Source of the DNA: Carcharhinus amblyrhynchos
Taxonomy: Eukaryota
Reading direction: 5' to 3'
DNA length: 64,000 nucleotides
Assembly (NCBI GenBank): GCA_965287045.1
Contig: OZ336872.1
Span: 112,530,001 to 112,594,000, forward strand
The notes under the pieces are model-generated. The model made no database searches and was not told the origin of the DNA. It was given only the letters and a program-made list of their open reading frames with translations. The position numbers were made by a program, and so were the translations under genes. Of this stretch, positions 50,761-61,533 are shown in pieces. How positions within the stretch are numbered: position 1 is the first letter of the stretch; each line of letters starts with the position of its first letter.

Positions 50761-53700
50761 GTGGATGGCACAGAAGCAGCACCTATTTCTGCAGTACATC
50801 AGAAACGAATGTGAAAAAAACTGCAGGAACTATACTATAACTACACCTAGCATTGAATGGGGGAATATTTCCTCACAATTACATAGAATGCCATCAGCAC
50901 ACCACAGGAAAATGGGAAGGATTTTAAAATCATTAATAAAAGTTATAAGGCTTTTAAGTAACACGAAAATATTTTACAAAATTGCTTAATTTTCCCAAGC
51001 AGCAAAACTAGTCTATTACAATTTTCTTACAGACTTTATTTGTTATAAATTCACAGTTGTAAATAAACAGTCTTGAGCCCCCCCCAATTCAATAGATTGG
51101 CAGCTATGATTTGGATTCTTAATTCGATCGTGGGACAAAATATCTTTCAGGCTGATATCAATCTTTCAGTCCAGCTCTTCAAATGGTTGATTTTAAATAC
51201 TCTGCCTAACTTAATTCATACCAATTAAGTTTTCACAATGAAGTGTAGGTATTAGTGACATTCTCCCAGGAGATTTTAACAACCTTTCCTTTGAGATCCT
51301 TAAACTCACACAGCTTTGAGTTATACTATTTCACTGGAGGTCATCCAACTACTATGACATTCAAACTTTAAAAGGTGACATACTCTTTTCAGTATATGTT
51401 TTACTCATCTCAGCTTGTAATTTTCTTGCAGAATATACCCAAGCTCAAAACGCCTTATATTGCAAATATAGTACATCATAACGACCAGATGTGATCTCTG
51501 AAAGAAGATCAATTTGCTTAACAAAAAATGATGGGTTGTTTTACAGGAATTAGATCAGATTAGATCAAAAGGCTAAGCCAATAACTAAATGAGTTTGTGA
51601 AAGTTCATGTATGGAAGTTCATTTGCTCAATTATTGTATTATTTTATCCGTCTAAACAGCATTAACACAAATTAACAGATGAGGGGACTGCAAAAATATG
51701 CATTTCATTGATTTTTATAGTGAAGAAGAATTTGGAACATTGTACTCAAGATTTTAGCTGGTTATTTTCTTGTTGTTCAAATTTATTACAATAGCTTAGC
51801 TGTGATGTCCCCCCCCCCCCACTTTGAAACCCTTGTCTAAAGTATATTGTTACCTTTAAGCTAATAAATATTCTAATGTAGCTAATTGGGGTATTACGCA
51901 TGCTCCCCAAACACACTACTTCCTAAAGATCAGCACCTGATGTTTTGTTTCTGTGATATTTATTATGCCATCAATCAGAAGGCAGAGCAACATTGAAATG
52001 TTCAAACATAATGAAGAATGATGTGAGCGATTTCCAAGTAATAAGCACTCATAGGACAGATAATCCCTTCTACAGGTGACTGCTAGTATTAAGAAGAAAG
52101 GAAAATAGTTAGCTAATTTGTATGATCCTATACAATACATTTCCCTTATATGAGTTTTTGAAGAAGCCGATTTCAGGGTTGCTCACATTGATCTACTTTA
52201 GAGATTAACCAGTGAACACTTTAATCACATTAACTATCAAACAAGTTAAATCAATGATCAATTTAATCACATTAGATAATCTCAACAGCTATCTTTCACT
52301 GGAGTATGCTAAATAATCCTTGACAATTTATCTTAGTCTTTTCTTTATAATTGCTGCTGCTAAACGATTGTCCATAACTCAGAAGATTGTATAGCACTAT
52401 TTAAATTAAATTAGGGATGGATAATGTGATAGATTTCTATACTTAATCACACAAGAGGGGTGAAAGAGAAGCTAACTCGATTTGACATGGGGTGGGACAA
52501 AAGACTAATTACCTCACTGAATTCATTAATAACGAAAGACAAACAATTAGATTTTATGTCTCATTTAATGATTACATAATCAAAAGTAAAATACTGAGTG
52601 TACTTAGGATGATTTTTAAACGAACAATGTAAAGTATACTGGAGGAAAAAAAAATCCCGTGGCTGCTGGAAGTGAAATGATTTTGCTACAATGTAACAAT
52701 TCGGATTCTTGACAGTTCTTAATTGTGTAATAAGTGCTTTAGGCTGAGAATTCTGCAGGTACAGATGGTGTAAGTAATTAGAATGCCCTCCAAACACGGT
52801 TGCACTGCGACAGCGTGACATGTGAAACCTGTTTTCAATGCAAAGGTCAAGGTTTGCCAAACTGTTTCTCTACACTGCTGTTTCCAGACCACCATCATAG
52901 ATGGTTTTTGATTCACATGGAATGCAATGGCTGAGGCCCCGGCTGCAATGTGTGAAAAGGAAAGCTGCAATTGGTTTTAGTAGCATAATAATTATTAACA
53001 TTCACAATTTACTTAATGGTTTGAAATCTTCCTTTCTGGTCTCTCCGAGACAAGCATTCCTCACATAGAATCATTGTTCAAAATTAGAAATCTTGGTCTG
53101 AAATTTCCTCCTTGGGTACAACCTGGATGTTAGACCTAAAAGTGCATTAATTCTGACAATATTATTACACTCAGATTTCCAGCAAATCTCAATAGAATAA
53201 ACTGGGCATAATTCAGTGTAATAAAATGGTGCCCAAGCAAAGGTGGGAATATATTTTGTCTATGTTTGTCTTATGTTCTTTAAGAAACCACAATCAGGTG
53301 GCTTTTCCATTTTTAATATGATATACCATAAAATCTATTTAAACTAACATAAATTACCATTTGGATCTCCGTGGGGATATTTTTAAAAATACTCTAAAAA
53401 TTGCTGCACCTCAACATCTGGTCATAATTTCAGGAGAGATCTGAACATTAAACATTCAAAAAGGGTAAAGTGGAACCATTATTAGTGTGGAGTTGCATGT
53501 GGGCAGAGGGATTACTAAACAAAAAATGATGGATGAAAGATCAAGATTTAAACTTATTGCTTTATGCTCAAGGTCTACAATCAGATTGAGTATGGATATG
53601 GGCACAAGTACACAAGATTTGTATTTATGCATCAATGGATTTGGGAGGAATGACACAACTAAAATATCTTGCATTCAATTATATTGAAGGACAAACCATG

Positions 53701-54444
53701 GTGTGTTCTTCTCATGAGGACTAGTTTACCATTACAAGGGAGTTAACAATAAGAAAGTACAGGTAACACAAGTCAAAGTGAAAGACTGCAGTAACTCACA
53801 AAATGGATTTCACTGACTGTCAAGTATTTCTCTTCTCACTGTCATTATCTCTATAGTCATTATTAAGTTTTTGTTAAATTTCATACTATAATTTTAGCTT
53901 TTTGAAAAGAAGATATCACAAGCTCTCAGATTTATAACAGCACAGGCAGATGCAGGTAAAACCTTCTTTAATCACTTACCCCTTCACACATAAGCTATTT
54001 CTAATGATTGAATTCAGTGAGATTAATGTTGAACAGTTTGTAATTATGGCATCATGAGGTCCACTAGTAACTAAACTGAGATTGTCCAAACTTCTTTGAC
54101 TTATCATCTTTAGATTTAAGAGAGGAAAATAATGCTCATTGGCCTGGGTTGGGGTTGCCAATCTCTCAGTGGAGTTTCCTGGAGTTAAAGATTAATTTCT
54201 TGAATACTCCTGTGAGAAACCCAGGGGAAAAGGAGTACAAAAAGTTTTTCTTTGCATTTTCTTTGAACAGGTTTGTTCATTAATTATAAAATATATTGAA
54301 GGTGGCAAGAAAAAAAAGTGATTTGGTGAAACAATTAGAGACTCAAGGCTCTCTGATGAAACCTCTAGGAATTCAGTCAGACTGCCAACATTAATGCTAT
54401 TTTAAGTCATTCCCAGGTTTCATCCCTTAATAATTTTGGAAAAT

Positions 54445-54855
54445 AAAAATCTACCAATCTCAGATTTAAAATTTACAATTGATCTAGCATCAGTTGTCAT
54501 ACGCTGAAGAGAGTTTCTAACTTATTCTGTGTGTGTGAAAACATTTCCAAATTTTAATTCTGCAAGGTCTAGGTTTAATTTTTTGACAATACCTCTTAGT
54601 CCTACATTCCCCAAAAAACGGAAATAGTTTCTCTCTATTCTATCTCTTCCCTTTAATATCTTGAAAACTTTGATGCATCACATCTAATGTTCTAAATTCC
54701 ACAACTTCTACTCTAGTTGTGTAATCTCTCTTCATGTCTTAACCCTTGGAGTCTAGGTTTCATTCTGGTAAACCCAAGTCTTACTCCTGCGAAGGCCAAT
54801 TTGTCCTTCCTAAAAGGTGGTGGCCAGAACTGTTCACAATATTCCAGGAATGGTA
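54445..54855 (-). mobile_element. Decayed CR1 C-terminal fragment
   Basis: Reverse complement gives LEYCEQFWPP..RKD followed by further CR1 3' coding remnants. Confidence 0.75.
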
Positions 54856-54999
54856 AATCCGGACATTATGTGCTTAATAATGCATTCTGTTGTTCTGGAG
54901 AGGCATTGCTTTTAAGAGTTAAAATGTAATTATTGACATTTAGATTAACTGCTGTGTAGAACAGTAGAACATGATGTTTTTTGAATTGCTGACACTTTG

Positions 55000-56460
55000 A
55001 AAATGCCATACCAAGGAAGCTAATTTGTCAGGAATGAATACACTGGGATGTAAGCTGGGTTACGTATTCTTGGAACTGGAGAAGGCAGAAACTTGCAAAA
55101 GCTTTGCTTAGGACAATAATTAGACACAAGTTACAACTTGGTCTGTAGAAGGAAAAGGTCAAACACTTCTTCTTCATTTCATACCTTCTTGTGCATTATT
55201 TCTCTATCCTTTATCATATTTAGTACATCTACTATGTCTATCATTCTTTGGACTTTGCTAAATCGCTTTTCAACTTTGAATCTGTTTCTTCATCAGCAAT
55301 TGCTACATTTTCATGCTAATGACAGGCTTCTATTGTCCTGATGATCTTGAGCAATTCATCAATCAGCCTATTCCATATTTCTGATGACTACATTAACTCA
55401 GATAACCTGCTAAGTACTTTCCTCTCTTCCAATACAAATTCCTACATTATGCTTGTCCCCCTATCACTGATGTCTTGACAAAAGCCTGTTTTCTGCTGAG
55501 TCCTCTTTTGATTGGTCAGTGATTAGGATGTTGGTTAAGAATTTTTGCTGATCCAGCTTGGTCAGACTTCTCCCTTTACATTCTTGATCCTACTATTTGT
55601 GGTAGTGAAGTCAGTTATGTGTTTTCAGCGAGCAGAAAAGGTTTCGTAGGCCACTCTTCCATTTCTGTCTAATCTGGGACTGAATCTTGCTCCACTCACA
55701 TTTGCTACTCTGCTATCTCTCATAAAAATGCATATTGTACTTCACATCTTGATCAATCCAATGCATTCGGAGCCAATTTTGTGTTTACTTGTAACTTCTG
55801 TAAATCCTTGATTAAAGCTCTTAAATGCAAAAGAAGCATCAACTATTATCTTTCTGTCTCTCAGCAGCTGCTCCATCTGGTCGCTTGCCAAAGCTAATTT
55901 TTGTAACTTCTGTGAATCCTCCTTCCCATCCTCTTCTGTGCTGAAGGTGCCGTTGTTAGCTTTGTTACAGATAAAGCTGTCTTTTTTGGCTCATTTTTAT
56001 CTTTCAAATTAAATTGTTATACCTCCGTGAAAGAAAACTTCCCTGCAATCCTCTGTTCTGTTTAGAACAACATTAAATTTTACCTCTGGCTAGTCTGCCA
56101 GCTTGTCAATTCTCCAGATCCTAGCAAGAGTGATAGTTCAGACAATATAATTCCCATGAATGCAAGATAGGTGTCTTCAAATGTTGCCGTATTTGCCAGT
56201 TTCTCAAGTAGCTTTTCCTTTTCTTGAAAATTTGTTCCTACCTCTCAGAAAGGTGATAACTTTTACTGTTCAAAATTACTGTCACATTAGGCTTACATTA
56301 GTACTAGCTATCTAAAGTTATAGCTGCTTTCTCCTAAATTATTGATCATTTTGAAAACTCTGGATTAACCAATGATCACAAGTGTCCTTTTTGATATGCC
56401 CACTACAGTGAAGAACTTGTATATTTCCATCAAGCTTCCTCTAGGACTCTGTCCTTGAAC
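55000..56460 (-). mobile_element. Possible highly decayed DNA transposase (hAT-like) remnant
   Basis: Strand-biased, coding-like composition with only vague motif traces and no intact frame. Confidence 0.25.
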
Positions 56461-56477
56461 ACTTCGGTCTGACATTA

Positions 56478-56786
56478 GAAAATAGAATCCCTACAGTGCA
56501 GAAGGAGACCATTCGACCCATTGAGTCTGCACTGACTGCAATCTCCCAACTTTACTTATTTACCCTACTAACCACCTGACACATTAGGGTTAATTTATCA
56601 TGGTCAATCAACCTAACCTGCACATCTCTGGAGTGTGGGAAGAAACCGGAGCATCCAGGGGAAATCTACACAGACACGGGGAGAACATACAAACTCCACA
56701 CAGACGGTTACCCAAGCCAGGAATCGAACCTGGGTTCTTTGCGCTGTGAGGCAGCAGTGCTACCCACTGTGCCACTGTGCTGCCCA
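56478..56786 (-). mobile_element. HE1-type SINE with CR1-like tail
   Basis: Head GGGCAGCACAGTGGCACAGTGGGTAGCACTGCTGCCTCAC, B-box GGTTCGATTCC, tail GCACTGTAGGGATTCTA. Confidence 0.9.
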
Positions 56787-57324
56787 TTGGTTTTATTGCC
56801 TTAGTGAGTTAAAGAGATTCTGACCAGATTTTACATTCAGCAATTAACTGTCTGCAGTTGTGATTCCCATCCTTTCATTGAATCAGGGGCTATCAGTTCT
56901 TCAGTCCCAGCAGCGCTAACATTGGGCTCAGTGGCCACTACTGGGACTGCAACCAGGCATCAGCAGCAGCAGTGATCAGAACCAGCTTGAGGTTTGTTAG
57001 CAATCCGGGTAAATTGACTTTCAGCAGCCTGAAGATATTTGACCATTTTCACATTTACTTCACAATGACAAGTAAACTACAAGTACAGCAACAAAGAATT
57101 TATTACAGATAAATTAAAAAGAATCAAATGCAATAGATATTCAAAAGGTACATTATCCAAATTGAAACTTTAAGGCCTTTACAATTTTAAGAATTTTTTT
57201 AACAATAGTAAACTTGAAGGATGCAAAAAGAAAAATTAAGTTATTACCCTGTACAAATAAGTTAAAACAAAAGATAAAAGGAAAAACGAAGCTAACTCAA
57301 ACACAATCATGGACATGCAAATAA

Positions 57325-57652
57325 AAGTAAAATACTGCTGATGTTGGAAATCGAAAATAAAAACAGGAAGAGGCTAGAAAAGCTCAGCAGCAGGAATTTT
57401 CCCATCGCGCCCACCACGGGAATCAGAGTGAGTGAGGGGCAGACCATGGAAAGGTCTGTTGACTTCAGGCGGGATTTTACAGTTTCGGGATGAGCGAGGC
57501 TGTAAAATCCCGCCCACCATGTCTGACAACATCTATGGGGAGAGAAACAGAGTTAATATTTTGAATCCGGACAAACATAGCACCTAAGTCTCTAAACATT
57601 AATTCTGTTTCTCTCTCTTTAGATGTTGTCAGACCTGTTGAGTTTTTCTAAC
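57325..57652. mobile_element. Fold-back repeat (possibly Penelope-related) interrupted by a GC-rich hairpin element at 57391-57515
   Basis: TAGAAAAGCTCAGCAG..GTCTGACAACATCTA..AGAGAAACAG is mirrored by CTGTTTCTCTCTC..TAGATGTTGTCAGACCTGTTGAGTTTTTCTA. An uninterrupted arm is present at 60465. Confidence 0.65.
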
Positions 57653-57747
57653 AGACATGCAAATCCTTACATTATCCGAACCACATTTTGTCTCGACTTT
57701 AGATCTGCAAATTTTTTATAGTGCTTTCCATAGTTAAACTTCCAAGA

Positions 57748-57931
57748 AGGTAACATTTTCCTTGTAACCACAGAGACGGCCTACCATTGGCCAGTGGGAT
57801 CTTCTGGTGCCATCGTTGTCAAGGGGGTTTCCCGTTGAATGCACCCCTTGCTGCTGGGGAACCCAGAGTGCGTGTGCACTGTCGATGGGGCTAGAAGATC
57901 CCACCGCCATGAACGGCTGAAAATTCCGTCC
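57748..57931. mobile_element. GC-rich MITE-like element inserted in the hAT remnant
   Basis: Internal inverted repeat GTGGGATCTTCT / AGAAGATCCCAC; end GAAAATTCCGTCC. It breaks the transposase frame after LAIL. Confidence 0.55.
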
Positions 57932-58120
57932 AAAATTGCTAGAGAATTTAGTTTTTCTTCTGTCATGGAAGGCCTTAAATATGTCTTTATCAGTTTCAGC
58001 TTACTCAAGCTTCTTTCTCCTGTGGCCACAGTTATTAGAATTGTAAGCATTATCCTTAAAACAGCCCACACATTTGGCGTAACATCCTGCACTTGTTGGT
58101 GTTGTTTTAGCATTGTGTGA
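57932..58120 (-). mobile_element. hAT transposase C-terminal dimerisation domain fragment
   Basis: PNVWAVLRIMLTILITVATGERSLSKLKLIKTYLRPSMTEEKLNSLAIL matches the hAT ERSFSKLKLIKTYLRS motif. A decayed continuation (FADLKSR) lies at ~57690-57710. Confidence 0.85.
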
Positions 58121-58349
58121 CAACAGTATTAACTACAAGTGACTGTTGTTGCTGGTCACATAATGTAGAATGCATATCTCTTATCTCCAGTATAGAATGT
58201 ATAGCTCTTTACTTTATATAAATATTGTAGATGATTGTCGTTCACTAGCACACACTGTGCTCATCCACACCAAGATACATAATGAGTTAAGGCAACATTA
58301 AGTATACTATTGGCTAATGTGAAGTTAAATAACAATTCTTTCTGGTTGT

Positions 58350-58808
58350 ATCACAGCTTCGTCTGGCTCCTGATCTGCCCAAGACTGCAAGGAATTACAA
58401 AAGGTCGTGAATGTAACCCAATGCATCATGCAAACCAGCCTTCCATCCATTGACTCTGTCTACACTTCCCGCTGTCTTGGCAAAGCAGCCAGCATAATTA
58501 AAGACCTGATGCAACCCAGATATTTCCCCCTTCCACCTTCTTCCTTCAGGAAAAAGATACAAAAGTCTGAGGTCACGGACCAACTGACTCAAGAACAGCT
58601 TCTTTCCTGCTGCTGTCAGACTTTTGAATGGACTTACCTTGCATTAAGTTGATCTTTCTCTACACCCTAGCTATGATTGTAACATTACATTCTGCACCCT
58701 CTTGTTTCCTTCTCTGTGAACGGTATCTTTTGTCTGTATAGCGCGCAAGGAGCAATACTTTTCACTGTATGTTAATACATGTGACAATAATAAATCAAAT
58801 CAAATCAA
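58350..58808 (+). mobile_element. Rex1/Babar-clade LINE 3' end
   Basis: AQDCKELQKVV..LPSIDSVYTSRCLGKAASIIKD..LPSGKRYKSL..KNSFFPAAVRLLN (frameshifted), with an (AAATC)n tail. Confidence 0.85.
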
Positions 58809-59449
58809 TAAAATGAAGATCATAATGCAGTGTCACATACTTTAAAAATTTTAAATTTTCATTTATTTTCTTTTTATTCACTTTTTTTCCTCTCTTTTCA
58901 CGACCAACTTGCCATCCCACCTGATTACCCATGTGCCCTGTCTCCCATCACACTCATTGGGGTGCCATTGAATCCCACTTTGTATTTCTAAGCGAGTCCT
59001 CACCTTGGTCATTATTATTTAATACCAGCTATGGTGTAGTCAATCTGTTATCCTCTGGTTCTTTCCATTATCTCAGGGTTTCTTATGGCACAGCCATAAT
59101 TCTGAGATGTTTCTCCTATCTGTGGACTCTAGATGTATTATTTGTTTAATAGACAGACTGTAGGCATATTCTGGTGTCTGCTAAACACATGTTTATTGGT
59201 ACTATTTTTAAATAGAATACAAAGTACTTATGTTGTTCCAAGGTATGGTGTTCTAACCCCTCTCTCTCTCATTCACTGTCTCTCTCTCAAGTCTAACACA
59301 CGACTGACCGATGCCAGCAACACAGCATATCTCATCTGCCAACACTCTACATGACATCTCTCTCAAAGTACACCATCCAATCTTCAACAACAACATGAAG
59401 CCACTTCTTCAACCTCCCACCCCAAACCCGCCATCACATTTCCCCCAAC

Positions 59450-60450
59450 CACAGACTTCATCCATAAGACCATAAGACATAGGAAGACAGAAGGGTTTTT
59501 GATAGGATGCTCTATTCACCTCAAGAGTAATTCTCCCAGCTGAACCTGTAAGGAATAATGTATCAAATGTCTGTGCTTCAGTAAAGATACCTTCACTGAA
59601 ATTTGCCACTTGCTGCAGTCACATCTGCAATCTCAGAGCAAGGTGAGAATGATATTATTAGTATCATAATAAAGATAGTCATCTGGTGTTTTACACAAAA
59701 AACCATGCAAAATTCAAGTTTCATCAATAAGCTTTACATTCTTAAATAGGGACATATATACGTGCACTGAAAAATTTCACACTGCAGTCATTGTTGCTCT
59801 TATTCAATGTTCTATTTAAAGTTTGGACAAAGCACTAGTCAAACTAATTCCTCTGCTTTTGAGGTTCTCTTGTGGCTACTGCCATGCCTTTTCATTGCTG
59901 CAGTGCATTGTGGGCAGTACCATTTTCATTTTGGAGCCTGTGTTAGTCCAACACATCCATAATAGAACCATTCAATGGGGAAATCTTATCAGTGTCTGGG
60001 AAGATGAGTACAACTATGAACTTTTATGCTATATCTCCTACTTTTTTGTTCACTATTACATAAAGGAGGTCATTGAGGCTCTGCATTGCAAGAGAGCTGA
60101 ATACATTTCATTCTCTCTTGCAGCAGGTGGAATGACTACATGTGATTTTGCAGGTTTCTCCATCATGCAGAATGCCATTGACTGCACACGCATTGCTTTG
60201 CAGGCACATCAACTCTGAGATGATCCTCAACTAAAGAGATTCCATTTCCTCAATGTCACTCTGGTATGTGACCCTACATACAGAATTATGCTGCTCAATG
60301 TACAGTACCCCGGTAGCAGTTGTAAAAATCAGGTGGGAGGATATTTGCTGTACTTAGCAGCAAGCTTAATTGCATAACTTCAGTCTGAGCTGCCAATACA
60401 GGAGTTAGACATGGATGACTTCAACTTGTGCTGCAATGGAAGTTGAGATT
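59450..60450 (-). mobile_element. Possible decayed N-terminal part of the hAT transposase
   Basis: Weak LALR..NF..FD traces, same orientation as and upstream of the hAT C-terminal fragment. No intact frame. Confidence 0.3.
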
Positions 60451-60464
60451 TCAGCTGTCAAGAT

Positions 60465-60600
60465 AAGAGCAAAATACTGCAGATCCTGGAATCTGAAACA
60501 GAAACAGAAAATGATGGAACATCTCAGCAGGTCTGACAGCATCTGTGGAGAGAAAATAGGGCCAACATTTTGAATTTGGATGATTGACGGAGGGTCATCC
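60465..60600 (+). mobile_element. Repeat arm of the fold-back family (possibly Penelope-related)
   Basis: AAAATACTGCAGATCCTGGAATCTGAAACAGAAACAGAAAATG..CTCAGCAGGTCTGACAGCATCTGTGGAGAG, homologous to 57325-57560. Confidence 0.65.
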
Positions 60601-61269
60601 TTCCGCCTTTCCCTGGTTATTGACTACTTATAGTCAGTGTCTCACACATATGTATCTCACCCATTAAACTACCTTTTGAATTATATACAGTGTCAGTAGC
60701 TGAGATGGTGGCTGAATTTGAGTGACAGATCTTCTTCATTATCATCTATTTCTTCTATCACTACCTGGCCAGGTGGCAGTTCCTTGTTATCAATTATGAA
60801 TGATCAGTGTGATTTGTGATTGTTAGAGAATGTCCACTGCTGAATAATGAAGATGTGATGCATTCAGCATTGCTAATGGTGCAATTAGTAGGATTTGGCT
60901 TTTATAGATATACCCACTGATCTTGTGCACTATGTTAAGGTTGTTGAACTTTTTGTGTTGGTGCATCCAGCTATAATGTATCTCCACTTTAGGATGTGCA
61001 GGCTGACTTTAAGTAATGCAGGCCAGCTTGAATTGGTGCTCGAGTCACACAAACCTGGGCCCCCTGCTGAGACACGTAGCGACTCAACAGCATTTGACAC
61101 AGACCGCACACAGCAATAATACAAATTAGCAGCAGCACAAAAGTTAACTTGCTGCCTGCATCGGAAGCAATAGTGTGGGCTCATTGTAACATCTAGATCC
61201 CTTTGCCTGTTTAAACTAGTGGATGAATTTTGCACTCATGTTCTTCAGCCAACAATATGCATTAGGATC

Positions 61270-61533
61270 TGTAATAATTCCACCATGATCAGTCTTCAAT
61301 CAGCAAAAACCCTTTAATGAGCACTCAAGAGCTGCATCCATGGTTTACAGCATGAAAGTCAATATGTGGGACCTATAGAATACCAATCCAGGTTGAAGCA
61401 ACAGGTTTTAGCCCCCTGCTACTCACTTCCCATTGGATGAGTCTCTGCTTGCTCAATAAAGGAGTTCCTACTCCACAAAACTCACAAAGAGATCTATTGA
61501 CAATACCTGGTGCCTGTCATGGGCATCATAACA
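61270..61533 (-). mobile_element. 3' LTR of the Gypsy element
   Basis: On the minus strand the polypurine tract AAAGGGGGAGAAA (61546-61534) is followed by TGTTATG. The LTR ends ATTACA at 61270, with ATTAAA at ~61313-61318. Confidence 0.65.
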
